Assembly: GCA_013265495.1 (NCBI GenBank)
Contig: MU058844.1
Span: 1,680,941-1,744,940 of the forward strand
Direction: 5' to 3'
Origin: Vicugna vicugna
Lineage: Eukaryota
Length of the DNA: 64,000 bases
Shown piece by piece: positions 23,321-36,539 of the stretch. Position numbers and translations under genes: made by a program. The notes under the pieces were generated by a model, which worked only from the letters and a program-made list of their open reading frames with translations, was not told the DNA's origin and did no database searches. Numbering within the stretch: position 1 is the first letter of the stretch; each line of letters begins with the position of its first letter.

Positions 23321-26300
23321 TGTCACCAAAACTCTTTTTTGTTATGTGTCTTTGCTAACCTGAAGCTCCCCCAATTTATACTCTGGTAGCCAGTTTAAAA
23401 AATTCAGTTTCACCACCTCTACTTTCTGCTCCTTTCCACCACTGGAAATAATACTGGAGTTAATCTGTTCATTAAACAGATGTTTACTGAACATTTTCTA
23501 TATGGGAAATGACTTGGACTTGAACCCTGACTTGAAGAAATTTGTGATCTAGAAAGGAAATTCATCAACAAATTAATACAGAATATACTTTAAATATTAT
23601 GATGGCAGGAATCTGAAGTTTTTTGGAAACTGAAGAGCCAATAACTTAACTGTTTGGGAAGCTGGGAAAACTTCAAAGAGAAATTTGGAGGCAGAAGAAG
23701 GAGGGAAGGGCATTTCCAGACAAATGTCCGTCTGTGCTTCCTCCCTCCCTCCCTTCCTTCCTCCTTCCTTCATCCCTCCCTACCTTTCTTTGCATCATCA
23801 GTCATGACCATGTATCACAACCAACCTCTCACCATCAATAGTTTCTTATTTGTCTTTCATTTTTACTTCACTTCTCAAAAAAAGTTGGTTTATTTCTCAA
23901 ACACCTTTTAACCTCTCAAAAACCCTCACCATTTATCTTGGCTTTTACTCACCCTACAGATACCCTAGAGGCCCAGCCGTCTTCCCTACATCAGCTGTGC
24001 CAGTCCGTACCTTCCAGTTCCCAGAGTTGACCAGCATAGCCGAGTGTGTCACAGAACTCTGATCTATCCTCTACGATTTTCTCACTTTGTAACCCTACCT
24101 AAGCTTTGCAGCTAGTTAGCAATTTTTGTATATTCTTTGCTGAATGAGTCATGGCTGTTTTAATTATCCTACAATTTATTTATTTACGTGGCATTTAGGA
24201 TATTCTGCTTTATGTTGTATATGTGTGTAGTTCTTGCCTGTACCTCTTAGAGGTCAGTCCTAAGTTTTAATAAATTTTTAAAGTCCTATCATATCTATTT
24301 AATTTTTATTTATTTATTAACAAATATTAACTGAATGAATTCTATGTGTTATACATGCTCTAAGCGGAGGGAATTCTGCAATATCCCAAATGAGCATGCT
24401 TCCTGCTCTCATGAAACTTAAATTCTATCAAGAGATAGACAAAAAATACATAAACAGATAAATAATCAAAATAATAGCAGATAATAAGTAAATTACTTAT
24501 CCCCTCAAGACTATGGTTTCTTCTTTGAGAAATAGTAAAAATTAGATCTTTCCTGTCTGCCTTTTGAAGTTGTTTTAGGGATGATACGGATATATTTGGC
24601 AATGCCTACATGCCCCATAAGATTATTACCATTAATGACAATAAAAGTGGAAGAAATCCTTGGTTAGGTGTCAAGGCACCCCAGTTCTAGTCACAACTTA
24701 GACATGAATTAGGTCACGTCAATTAGTCTCTCTCAGCCTCTGTGTCCTTTTCTCTAAAATGAAGGATCCGGTCTGGATAATTATAAAGGCCCTTCCAGCC
24801 TGTACAGTATGTTTCTAAGATCCATGATGTTGCTATTCATATCTAGAGGCTCCAATTTGATCTGTCGAAGTATTCAGAATATCTTTGAAAAGACACCGTA
24901 AACATCTTCTGGGAAGAGTTTCATTTTAATAACTATTAGGACAACAGGAACACTGTGTTTTTTATCAAATTTGTTCCCTGGTGCTGATGGTATCTTCAGA
25001 ATATAAATTGCACAACAGAATACAATAAAGCACAGTTTAGGATTGTCTTCACAATAGTGCATGCCATAGTACTCGGCCATAAAATAAGAACTGAAAGCAT
25101 ATCTTGTTCTCTAAACTTGTAATTTTCAGCTGTCTAAAAACTGGGTGGAAAAAGGAAATTAATAAGAGAAAAATATTTCACAGCATGCATGCACAGCTTA
25201 AAAAAAGATTGTGTTCTTTGTAGAAAAAAAAAGCAGGAATGTCATTCTTCTGGAATTTGATAACCTAGAAAAATATTTGTATTTTCAATCTTCATTTTTG
25301 CTAATAATTATCACTGTCACATGTACTCATTCACTGACTTATTCTGTAATTCTCTTAAGAAGCATTGGTTTAGCAGTTACCATGTACTCAGCTCGACTTG
25401 AAGATCAACTGATGCATAGACTCATTAGACATTAAAAGAAAAGGTGGCCCCAGAAGATTGGAAGCCATGAAATTTTATATTAAGGATAAGTCAATATCAT
25501 ATCCAGCTGATGAAATTCAGCTGAAGTTGGGTACTGTTAATTGGGTTTTGCCAACCTGTAGGATCAGCTTAAAAGTGATGTTTTTCTAGTAGCATTGTTC
25601 AATTAACTTTGGGAAATCATTAGTTAATGTGGGCATATGATAAGTAAAAATCCAGATTGGATGTAAAATGCTTGTTTTAGCAATGCGGTTTTGTTCATCA
25701 ACGTTATGGCCATTGGGACCAAAATTATGGGTTTGCTTTTTGTGGCACTAGATAATATAATAATGGCATTAATACTATTATTACTTATTTTACACTTAAC
25801 ATATACCAGGGGCTTCATTCTTTCATTGTATAGCCATCATTTCATCATATTCTTGGGAGAAAATGGCAAAAATAGCAAAGTCCTTGTCTTCTAAATGCTA
25901 ATTTAGGAGGCTCATGGTTACAGTGCAGTGTGATAAATGCTAAGGAGTGGTATGGACACACATACTAATGGTAACTAGCCTTTGAAGGGTTAAGTGGACA
26001 AATTTAAACATTGTGTGTCTTGACTGCTTAAAATCTTTTAAGGTAAATGTGACAATCTACATATACCGATAAAGAAACTGAGGCCAGAAATAAGTGACTA
26101 GACCAAGTTCATGCAGGTAGAAATTATGATAGCTGAAGTTTTAACACCTGGTTCCAGAAACACTTGCTCTATCTGCTTCAACAGAGATTGCAACCTCTGT
26201 CTCTTTCCTAAATGTTTGCTTGCTGATAGCCATGTGGAAAATGATTAAGAGAATGTGAGCAGCTTAAAATAAAAGGCAGGGGAAAAAATGACAACTGTAT

Positions 26301-26429
26301 ATGAATATACACATATGATACACAAATATATATACAAACTAATACATGCCTGCATTCACACACACATACATATTCTACTTTTTTGAGTCAATAGACTAAT
26401 CCTTATACAAAAGCAGCATGATATAAGAC

Positions 26430-26640
26430 AAAAAAAACTGGCTTGTGGAGCCAGACGACAGGATTTAAATTCCATTTTCAATACATGCATAGTGAAACTG
26501 CCTCCTTTACAGGCTCTTGTTCCACATCTGTAAAATGACATTAATAATGATAATGTTTACTATTCCCATATGCAGAAGATTACACATTCAATAATGTAAG
26601 CCATTGTAAACATTAAATGTTCTACATATATTAGTAGTTT
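26430..26640 (+). mobile_element. MIR SINE
   Basis: ggagccagac...tttaaattcc...ccacatctgtaaaatg. Confidence 0.65.
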
Positions 26641-26869
26641 ATTTTGAAGATGGTGATTTGTATGAAACTGTCAGATGCCATTGTTAATCTACGAGCCTCT
26701 CTGCTCAGAGTTCAGTCCAGGTGAATTTGAGGCAGCAGTAGACATGATGAAACATTACATGAATAATTACATTCCTCTTGTCATAGTATTTTTGGGGATT
26801 TATTTTTATACTAACACATGGGTCATCTGGATAAATAACTTTTTTTTTAATGCAGAAGACAAACTCCGT

Positions 26870-27800
26870 GTTGCTGGATTCAACAGTCAGTTCTCATGTC
26901 TCAGTTTACCTATCCAGAATTATGACACAGTGATGACTCATAGCCAAGAAACACATTTGCTGCTACCTTCATAGACACCATTCAAATCTCTTTTAGTGAT
27001 TATTCATCAACTCCCTGTCCTCCTAAGGCTACGCTCTCCCTGGTTTTAGGACATGGACCCATTTCCTGATCAATCTACATTCACTGCCTCAGTGATTGCA
27101 TCCACTCTAATGACTTTTAATGCATTTACATCTGGAACATTTATTTCTCCAGCACAAACTTTATCCCTGAGCTCCAAATTCATATATCCAACAGTCTGTT
27201 TGACACCTCCACTTGGATGTCAAAAACACACCTCAAATTTAACATGACCCACACTGAACTAATGATATTACTACTGCTCACTCTTACTTGTCTCTCAAAT
27301 TTCCCTCATTCAAATTAACAAAATGTTACTTCTTTAGCTGCTCATATCAATAAGTGTCAAATAATCCTTGACCCACTTCTTACCTTCAGATACCACATGT
27401 GGTCTATCACCATATTTGTTTGACTCTTCCATAATTTCATCAGTTCTCAACTCCAGTGTTGCCATCAAAACTATCCTCATCTTGCATCCGGATTACACAA
27501 GAACCTACCTGCTCTCCTTGCTTCTATCCTTGCTCTATGCTGTGATCTATTCTCAACACAGCTGCCAAAGCAATTCTTTTCATAGCATGTCACTTCTTTG
27601 CAAGAAGCTTTCCAATGATTTGTCATTTCACTTAAAACAAAAGTCAAAGTCCTAACAGTAGCCTAGGTGACCCTTGTCACTTACAGCACCCTTCCTCCCC
27701 ATCTTTCTGACCTTTTCTTCTTTTGTCTCAATTTGTTCCAGCCCCACGAACCCCATCCTGCTCCTTAAAGTCTTGGGCACCCTCCTTTGGCCTTGGCACT
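26870..27800 (+). mobile_element. L2 fragment
   Basis: cctgagctccaaattcatatatccaacagtctgtttgacacctccacttggatgtc...cactgaacta. Confidence 0.8.
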
Positions 27801-27852
27801 TGCCACAAAAAAAAAAAGTTTCCTTTGATACCTCACATCAAACAAATTAGGT

Positions 27853-28494
27853 TGTTACTGAACCAAACTTGGGTTCACTTGCCCAATGCACAGCAAAGTC
27901 AATCTACTGACACCAAGTTGTGGTAAAGGGAAGTCAGCATTTATTGCAGGGCCAAGAAGGAGAACAGACAGCTCATGCTCAAAGACTTGAACTCTCTGAT
28001 GTCTTTCAGGAAATGGTTTTAAAGACAGGGTTAGGAAGAGGATCACAGGGTGTGTGATCAGCTTATGCATAATTCTCTGATTGGCTGATAGGGAGGTAAC
28101 AGGGTGATGTTTCAAGAATCTCAATCATCAACCTTCTGGTTCTAACCAGTCTGGGGTCTACATGCTGGTGGTCAACACATAGTTAACTTCTTCCTCCTGG
28201 TGAGAGTGTTAGTATCTGCAACACAATTCAAGAATACGACTCAGGATATTATCTATAGCCTTTAAGGAAGGACCAAAGGTCCTTGACTTTGTTCTATGAC
28301 GAAGCAATTATTATTTTGTCTTGTTTGACTGCTTTTCTTTGTTTCTTCATTTTCTTACTTCTCTGATTCAATTTGCTTTTTGAAACTTGAAAAAGGCCCA
28401 GGAGGCTAAAGCTTTTCTACAAACAAAGGCAGGGGACAAGGCGAGGAGGGGGGTCTGTCCCTGGGAAGGTCCCCCAGGATCCTACTCTGTTTCA
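27853..28494 (-). mobile_element. ERV1 solo LTR, MER41/LTR39-like (cetartiodactyl type)
   Basis: TG...CA ends (tgttactgaaccaaacttggg...ctgtttca); on the minus strand CCAAT (~28080), TATA-like CTTTAAAA (~28020) and AATAAA (27940-27945) occur in LTR order. Confidence 0.8.
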
Positions 28495-28889
28495 ACTGGT
28501 CCTTTCCTAGAATATGTAGAATATTTTAACTGGTTTATATCCACATGGACTCAATAGGTCTTATTCTGCATTTATGCAACCAAAAGTTTCTCTAGTGTGT
28601 GAATCATCCTTCCTGATTTCCTCATCATCCCTGATTACTTTGACCCAGTGACTACTGGTTTAGTGTGATGTCAGTGTCAACTGGATTTTGCTGTCATGGT
28701 GAGATTATAACTGAGTTTTGGTCATTATTGTAAGAGGATCTTGTTTATGGGAAGAAATGTTGGAAAAATGAGAAGCTGCAAGTGGAGATATGATAAATTG
28801 AGATGTTAGAGGTTACCCTGACATTATATATAAATGTTAGTTATCTGTTGTTATATACTCCACTTTTTAAACTTATGTTTACAATATAA

Positions 28890-29370
28890 CATATTCATTC
28901 AACAACTAGTGAGCAGGCTTTAATTAGGCTCTGGATACACAATATACAAAACAGATACTAGTTTTACTACTAAGTTTCTAGGCAGAAAATATACATGTAA
29001 GCACACCCCCAAAATATAGTGAATTACAACTTATGAGGGAAATAAACAGGGTTCTAAAACAGACAGGATTTGCTTAGGTACAGTGACCAGTAGTAGCATT
29101 TCAGAGGAAGTGACAATTAAACTGAAACTTGAAAGACAAAAAAAAGTCAACTGTGTAAATACTGGGGGAGATGGGAAGGTGGTCTAATACTGGGGAGGAG
29201 AACAGTGCAAAACCCCTGAGACAGGTGTGTTAGGGAAAGACTAAGACATTTGTGTTAGAGAGGGGAGAGACAGGAAAGTGAAGGGGAAAATGGAAGCAGG
29301 TGAGGTTGGAAGGCAAACAGGATCTTTAAACCTCAGTAAGCTTGCTAGTGTTTCATTTTGGAAGTAGACC
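28890..29370 (-). mobile_element. L2 fragment
   Basis: attcattcaacaa...tcagaggaagtgacaattaaactgaaacttgaa...gtgcaaaacccctgag. Confidence 0.7.
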
Positions 29371-29574
29371 AGATAGCAGCAAACACTGGCTTTACATGTA
29401 TCAGTGCTTTCCTCTTCAGATCTGAGTCTTTTTCTTACCCTTTAAAATTCCATACCAATTGATATATTATGTAATAGCATATTCCCTCTGAGCATTGTGA
29501 CTCACTTTATCCTGATTTCTGAAGAGTTACCATATCATTAAAAAAAATCTTGAGCCATAATAAGTACCTAATGT

Positions 29575-29800
29575 AGGTGTTAGAATCAAAGAAGCTTGGT
29601 AAATATGTATTGGTAAGTAGTTTGCTGCATGATCTTTGGCAGTTAATCTGTCTGAACCTTAGTTTCCTTAGCAATAAAATGGGGACAAAAATACTTACTT
29701 AATCAGGTTGTTGTAAGACTTAATTGAGATGATACATGTAATGTTCAAGATCTCAATAAATAGATGATGATAATGATGATGATGATGATGATGATGATTA
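29575..29800 (+). mobile_element. MIR ending in (GAT)n microsatellite
   Basis: tctgaaccttagtttcctt...aaaatgggga...; gatgatgat run 29762-29798. Confidence 0.75.
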
Positions 29801-31734
29801 CCACACTATTACCCTTATGACTGTTGGATAAAATCACTTTCTTGCTTGCTTTTGAATAAAATACAAGCTTAAATATTTATCTTAAAAATTGGCAAGTTCT
29901 GAATAAAGTTTATTGTATACTCTATCTGAGGGGACTAACAGGCTAACTAGAGTCATCTCTCCAGAGAGATGGCTAAAGTATATAAAGAGTTATCACAGTG
30001 GTTGTAGGTTCCTCCTAGATTGGAAATATCAATTCAAAGATTTACAGAAATGTAACTCACCACACTTCTATGTATGTGATTTTTTTTCTTTGCATCTTTC
30101 TGCTGTACATTAGAGGGAATGAAGCAGCAGAGGAGAAGCATTTCTTTCGATTACATTTCAGAAGCCGACTGTGAAACAGTCATTCTAGAGAAAGTGAAGA
30201 AACAGACGTTGTCTCTAAAGGTTTGTCCTTACACTGTAGAGAAGCTTTGGAAATCAAGCTGATGATACGAAGGTATGGAGGGCTTCTTTAAAAGACAAAA
30301 ATTTGAGGTTTGAATGGAGGAATGACTGTATAATGTTATTTTGGAGCAGTTCTGTTTTGGCTAGTGGTATTTTAAAGTGGAGAATGGCTCTAAAGTTAAA
30401 AATAGATATTCAGTGGTAAAAGGTTAATCCGAACATCTTAGTTTGGGAAAAACAAATTAGTGAGTTGAGTGTGTCAACATTTCTTAAGAATTGTCTAGAC
30501 AGGACTCAGTCACTCTAACTGAATGGGGCAGACAGGTTGCCTTATAGGTGAGCAATGCAGAAAATACACTGAGGAAGGATTCTGAGGAAGTTGCAGACAC
30601 AGGAAGTTCAGCTTGAGAGTCAAATCCTAATGGCAAAGGTCTCCAAAAATGTAAACAGAAGGGAGACCACAGGATTTGCTATTTTAAGACTGTTCTAAAT
30701 TGTTTCAGTATTATAAAATTTAGTAAAATTTGTTATATACTCACTACTTGTTAAGCCAGAGGTATACACACATGAAAAAAATCATACCTGTCCAGGAGAA
30801 ACTACACATAAATAAATGAGTGTAATACAATGCAAGGTAGGGTGTGTCCCTTTTGGATCTTCAGATCACATTCTAGAAAATGTCAATGATTTAGCATTCT
30901 GAACTTGGCACATACCTGGATCTAATTCTTCATTACATTACAGTAATATGCACACACATGTGCCATAAACATACATGCATGTGTGCATCTGTATACGGTA
31001 TATTATGGGGTTATGATGCTAGTGATAGTACAGAAAACCTCTCTAGAAGTAGGATATCTATGACTCTGTAACTTGGTTCTAACACTTATTAGGTGAGTTA
31101 CTTAACTTCCCTAAGCTTTCTTCACATATGAAACAAGACTGGTAGTGTCTATTCCATGGCCTTGAGATGATTACATAAGATAGCTCTGGTTAAGCATTGG
31201 CCCAGTATATGACACAGAGGATGTTCAAGAAATATTAGCTGTTACTTTGATCTTTGCTTTTGTCATTGTTTTATTTTTACTCTTAGTAGTAGTAGCAGCA
31301 AGGTATCTAAAAGAACAGTTTCTCAGTGGCTACTAATCTCCCATCTATCTTAGAGGACACATACTGAGAAGATCTTTCCCAAACTTTCATTGTATCAAGA
31401 AGAGAAACATTTCTGTGACATTTAATAAGTGCCCAGTAGTGATCTAACTGCTACACCAGCATTAACTCATTTAATCAGCTTAATAATGAGATAGCAATAA
31501 TGATTATTGTATTGTGTCACCTTGTACTAACTGGGACGCTCTTCTCCTAACCATTGAATGGGAGAGTAGGCAATTTCCAGAAAATTAATTCAGGATAATC
31601 CCTTAAATACTCTCTCTCTCTCATATTGGAAAATAGATTCAGATTATACTACAACTTTCCAGATTTCCTTCTATTAATATACCATGGACATCTTTCTATG
31701 TTATTACCTGTAGACTCATATCATCATTTTTTAA

Positions 31735-31900
31735 GTTTATAGTTTCAGTTTTGCAAGATGAAGAGTCCTAGACATGGATAGTGGTAGTGGTTGCACAACG
31801 ATATGAATGTTCTCAGTACCACTGAACAGTCCACTTAAAAATGGTTGAGCAGTAACTTTTGTAGAATGTGTATTTTACCTCAATAAAATATTGGAGAAAA
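31735..31900 (+). mobile_element. L1MB 3' end
   Basis: tagtttcagttttgcaagatgaagagt...ttgcacaac...ccactgaac...cacttaaaaatggtt...tattttacctcaataaaa. Confidence 0.85.
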
Positions 31901-32066
31901 ATCAAAAGTCTGTGGAATGCCAAAGCTGTAGTAGATTTGGTTAAACTATCTCCTACTGAAGGATGTTTAGATTATTTCAAATTATTTTCTTTTATAAGCA
32001 GTGCTGCAATAAATATCAAATAATTTTCTTCAGACACCGATTTTCTCTAAAGTATGGTAAGAAAAG

Positions 32067-32380
32067 AATAGCTATTATTTATTGAGTGCTTACTATGTGC
32101 CAGGCACCATGCTAAGCACTTTAGACAGATAATCTCATTTGAACCTCACAATAAGCCTGTAAAGTTAATACTCCTTGCCTACTCTCCTCAGACGTTGCAG
32201 GATGTTCCTTGCAAAGGGTTCCCTATTTGAGGTGGCAAGTTGGAGCTGACATCCAGCTTGAACTTCTTTTACCAGCAATGGCCCTGAAATTTTCCCCCTA
32301 GCATGTATGGTGCAAAGGCAGAGTTGAATTCAGGAAGTCTCACATGAGAACTCCACACTGAATCACTACACAAATGCCTC
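32067..32380 (-). mobile_element. MIR whose core is replaced by foreign sequence (32173-32299)
   Basis: aatagctattatttattgagtgcttactatgtgccaggcac... then resumes ...gttgaattcaggaagtct. Confidence 0.7.
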
Positions 32381-33484
32381 CTATAGAAATAAATTCCCCA
32401 GGGTGCAATTGCTATGTCAAAGGGTACACACATTGAAGATGCTGAGTTTCTTTCGAAAAGACTTTTACCTATTTATTTTCCACCAGTAGTTTCTGAGAGT
32501 GTCTGTTTCCTCACATCCTAGGTAATCTTGGATATCACATTTCCTTTTTTTGTTGTTGTTAGGTTTTTAATATCATGGTGCAAAAAGTTGCCAGACACGG
32601 CTATATTTTTTTTCCTGGAAAAAGTCATTGTTGTTATTTTACCCAATCTGTGGTAACTAATATTTTTCTGTTATTTGACTTTTTGTCCTAAAAGTAAAAG
32701 TAGACGTTTAAAAATCTTGGAAAGTTGATGTTGTGATGGCAATGATTTTGCTCTGCCTGAGCAACTTGATTTGACACACAAACGTATCATAGTTCTACTG
32801 ACACATCTGATAAAGAGATCTGGTTATACAAAGTCTTAGACTTCTTTTCAGTGATATTTTGAAATTTTTTGAGAGCAGATAGAGATACTAAAATGCCTTA
32901 ACTGTATTTTTAAAGGTCATTTCATCCATTGCAAGGCCATTTCCCTTGGTATGAACGAAATCAATTTTATTAGAATATTTGCCAACCATAAGCTGTATTT
33001 ATAGACAGCGTATGTGCTTTATATTAAGCTACTTCAAAGCCTGTGTTAATAGAATCATCAAGGCCCTCCAGTCCAGGCATACTTGTAAATTGCTGGTGTG
33101 TCCTTTTATCTTTCAGGATCTTCTGATGTGGAGAGTGGATAAAAGTTTGGAACCATTTTTAAAGATTCATTTAAAGTTTCAAGCATACAGATGTAGATCT
33201 TATTTTTATTTCTTTCTCTCAAATACGTGTTCTATTAGATTAGTTCAAACTTTATTTCTCGTTTTACTCTAGTCCATGCATTCACATTTTAATTCTGTTT
33301 ATCATCTTTTGATGCCTAGGAAACATGTAGCCTCAAATAAAAAATTCAATCTCACTCTCAGTCCAACAGAGTGACTCAGAAGAGGTAGAAAACGAGGAGG
33401 CCAGTTGCTCTTACCCTCTGCTAGAGGTCGACTATGGCTTCCCCAGAGGAAGAAGAATGATAGATCTTAACAGTCACAATTTAA

Positions 33485-33685
33485 ATAATAGCTACCACTT
33501 ATTAAGGGGGACTATTTGCCAACTACAATGCCAGTTTTTAAAATGTATTGACCTTTTTAATCCTTTGCATCGTACTTTGCGAATGAGAAAACTGATCTGC
33601 AACAGGCTAAAAAACTTGCCTAAAATCAAATAGATTTGAACTAAGTAAATTGATCCATTTCTCTCAACCATTGTGTTATACTGCA
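33485..33685 (-). mobile_element. MIR SINE
   Basis: aataatagctaccacttatt...aatgagaaaactga...aacttgcctaa. Confidence 0.65.
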
Positions 33686-36539
33686 GAGAAAGGGAAGGTT
33701 GTTTAACTCAGGGTCTATATTTGACCATTTTTTCAGGGGACAGGTGTAATGAAGGGATATGATTATTTGCCATCTCCTCCCCATGACTCGTATGCTGTTC
33801 TTAAAGCTCAGTTTTGTCCTGTGTTGAGTTCAGGAAAATGAAGAAGGACAGCCAGTGCATCAGTGGACTGCAACTGGGTCTGATCATAGTTTGGTAGCAA
33901 AAATTATCTTGCAGAAATTGGATGTAATCAATTAATTTTAAATAAATAGAGGGTATTTAAAAAAGATTAATTTCTGACTTGATGAGAGAGTGAGGAAAGA
34001 GAAGAATACTCAAGAAATCAACTAGACAGAATATACCAAATTCTAGCACAAAAATGAAGGAAAACAAATCCCTTTTGGTGAAGGTGAAGCTTTCTAACCA
34101 ACCCCTAGCCCACTCTCTAACGACAGTAGTAATACCAATAGTGACAGTACCAACTGAGCAGCAGTAGCAGGAGTATAAAGCGTGGACAGATTTCACTGCA
34201 AAAACTGTCTTTCACTCACAAGTTTTGTGATCTTAGGGAAGCTAATTGCTTCTAGCCCCAGCTTCTTTAACTATAAAATGAGCATAATAATATCTAACTC
34301 ACAGGCCAGTGAGGATAAGGGAGATAGCAATGTAATCACCTAGAATGTACCTAACACATATTAGCTTCTTAATATCTACAATACATGTTAGTTTCTTCCT
34401 CTTCTTTTCCTTCTTTTTTCCTCCTACCCCTCCTTATTCTTTTCTCTTTGTCATTAAATGTCTTCAACTAGAATGGAAAGAGCACGATGTGTGGCAGTTT
34501 CCAAAAGCACTATTCAGTCGCCCATATTGGCATGCTGCTGCCATAGCTCGTGGACCAACTACTCCCAGCATCTAAAACAGTTACTGAGTGCTTTCCATAG
34601 GCTTGGCATAATCTTCCTACTACAGCTCCCAGGTCAGTCTAGGCTTATTTAAGAATCCTCTTGTAACACATGTATTACAGTTTGCCATTTCTTTAAAATA
34701 GTTATCATCATGGAAACCAAAATTTTAAAATTCAGTAGTAAAAGCAGGTTGTATTAAATACCTCAATGACTAAGACTTTTATTCTTATGAGTCATCTCTA
34801 GAGTCCCCTTAAGATATTCATCTTTCTCTTGAGCCTCAAGCATGAGGGTAGTTGCTTCTTTTCATTTGGATACTGAGTTAAAGTGAATATTAGGATTAGG
34901 TATGTCCAGTAATCATAGATAATTTTTGCTATCAAGTAAAAGTTTTCTGTCAAGTTCTTTGTGGGTTTTTTTTTTCTTTTTTACAAAAGATCAAGTAAGT
35001 GAAACGGTAGGAGAAATGAAGAGAGCCAGCTCAATTCCTACTGAGAACAAAATCACCCCTGGTCACACACAACAATGTGGTTAATATTGCATCCTGATTC
35101 AGACACAGAGATAGTAAGTGATCAGCCAGACCCCAATGTCTGCAAGCAACAGAAACTAATTCTAGCTAATTCATACAGAGAAAAATGGACACCAGTTAGC
35201 TTGGATGATGAGAAGAGCAATGGGAAGGTAATCAAAAGGCTAATGAGAAGACTAAAGAATGAAGCTCCTAGAAAGATAAGACTCAGGTAAGGTCTGTGGG
35301 TTTAGATTACAATAACCACTTGAAATGAATGTGCTTCAACTGACTATTTTTTCTGCCCCTACATCATGCTTTTCAAGACTTAAGGTCTTTTAAGAGAAAC
35401 TGATTAAACTTGTTTGGATTAGGGAGGAGGGTGCAGACACACTGAATAAGAGTCCCATCATGACTGCATCATAGAGGCAAGATAATTCCTTAAAGTACTA
35501 AAAAAAGAAAAAAGAGTGAGTAGATGCTAAGTAAACACAAATCAAAAAAAATATATTATAGAAGAATTGAATTCTTCCTGGCAACAACTCCAATGTTTGG
35601 AGACATATTTTTATTTAAAAATTTATACATATTTTATAACAACTTTTTAAAAAGAACTATTTAGATTTAATGTAGAAAGATGTATAATAAAACTTAACTA
35701 AATAAACAATTTTTTTAGCCATTTTTAGCCATGGCAGAACAAACATTTATGTCATAATTCTGGCTTTGCTACCAACCAGCTGTGTGACTTTGGGTCAATA
35801 ATATTTTTCTGGATAGCCAATGTTTTACTTACTTAAAATGAATAAATTGGGTAAAGATCCCTCCAAGGTATCAACTATAGCATAAGAATGATCTCTGGAC
35901 CCCACTTGCTTTTTCAACTTAAACCCAAGCTGATAAGGTGAGTAGATAGAGCCATGCTTTCAAGCTTTGGCCATAATGAACTGAATTAGCTTTTCTTGAT
36001 TAACTTGTCTTGTTTCAATAAAAAAAAAAGTTCCATAATTATTCTCGGCAAGCATCCAAAAATATGCCTCACTATCCAGTTCCAATTAATAATGTGTGAC
36101 TTGTTAAAAACAGATTTTGTTCATTTGAAGGTTTTAATAGCACCCAGTTTCAACTTAGTTCTCTTGGGAAAATATTTAGCATGCATTTAGCTAGCTTGAC
36201 ATACACAACTAATTAATTTGTCTAAAGCGAGCTATTATATGAATCATAAACAAAGAACTGAAAATTGAAATAGTGCCAGAATGAAAGCTTGAGGTACCTT
36301 ATGCTTAATTAGCCTCAGGTTGTTTTTTGGTCCTTATTTCTATTAAATAAGGCACATAGATTTATGTTTTGCCATTTTCCAGATAGAAAACAAAATTCAT
36401 ATATAGTAATGGGTGTTCTTTATGCATTTTTAGAGATTAAAAGAGCTTCCAGAAATCTAAATTTTAAGAAATATGTCTAAATGACAGAGATTAAATGATG
36501 ATGGGTAGGCTGACAAATGAACATGAGCTCTGGTGCCTC

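Larger units (their letters stand above)
31600..32570 (-). mobile_element. Old L1ME 3' region carrying nested L1MB end and MIR
   Basis: tctcctactgaaggatgtttagattatttc...gctgcaataaatatc; caattgctatgtcaaagggta...caccagtag. Confidence 0.65.
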
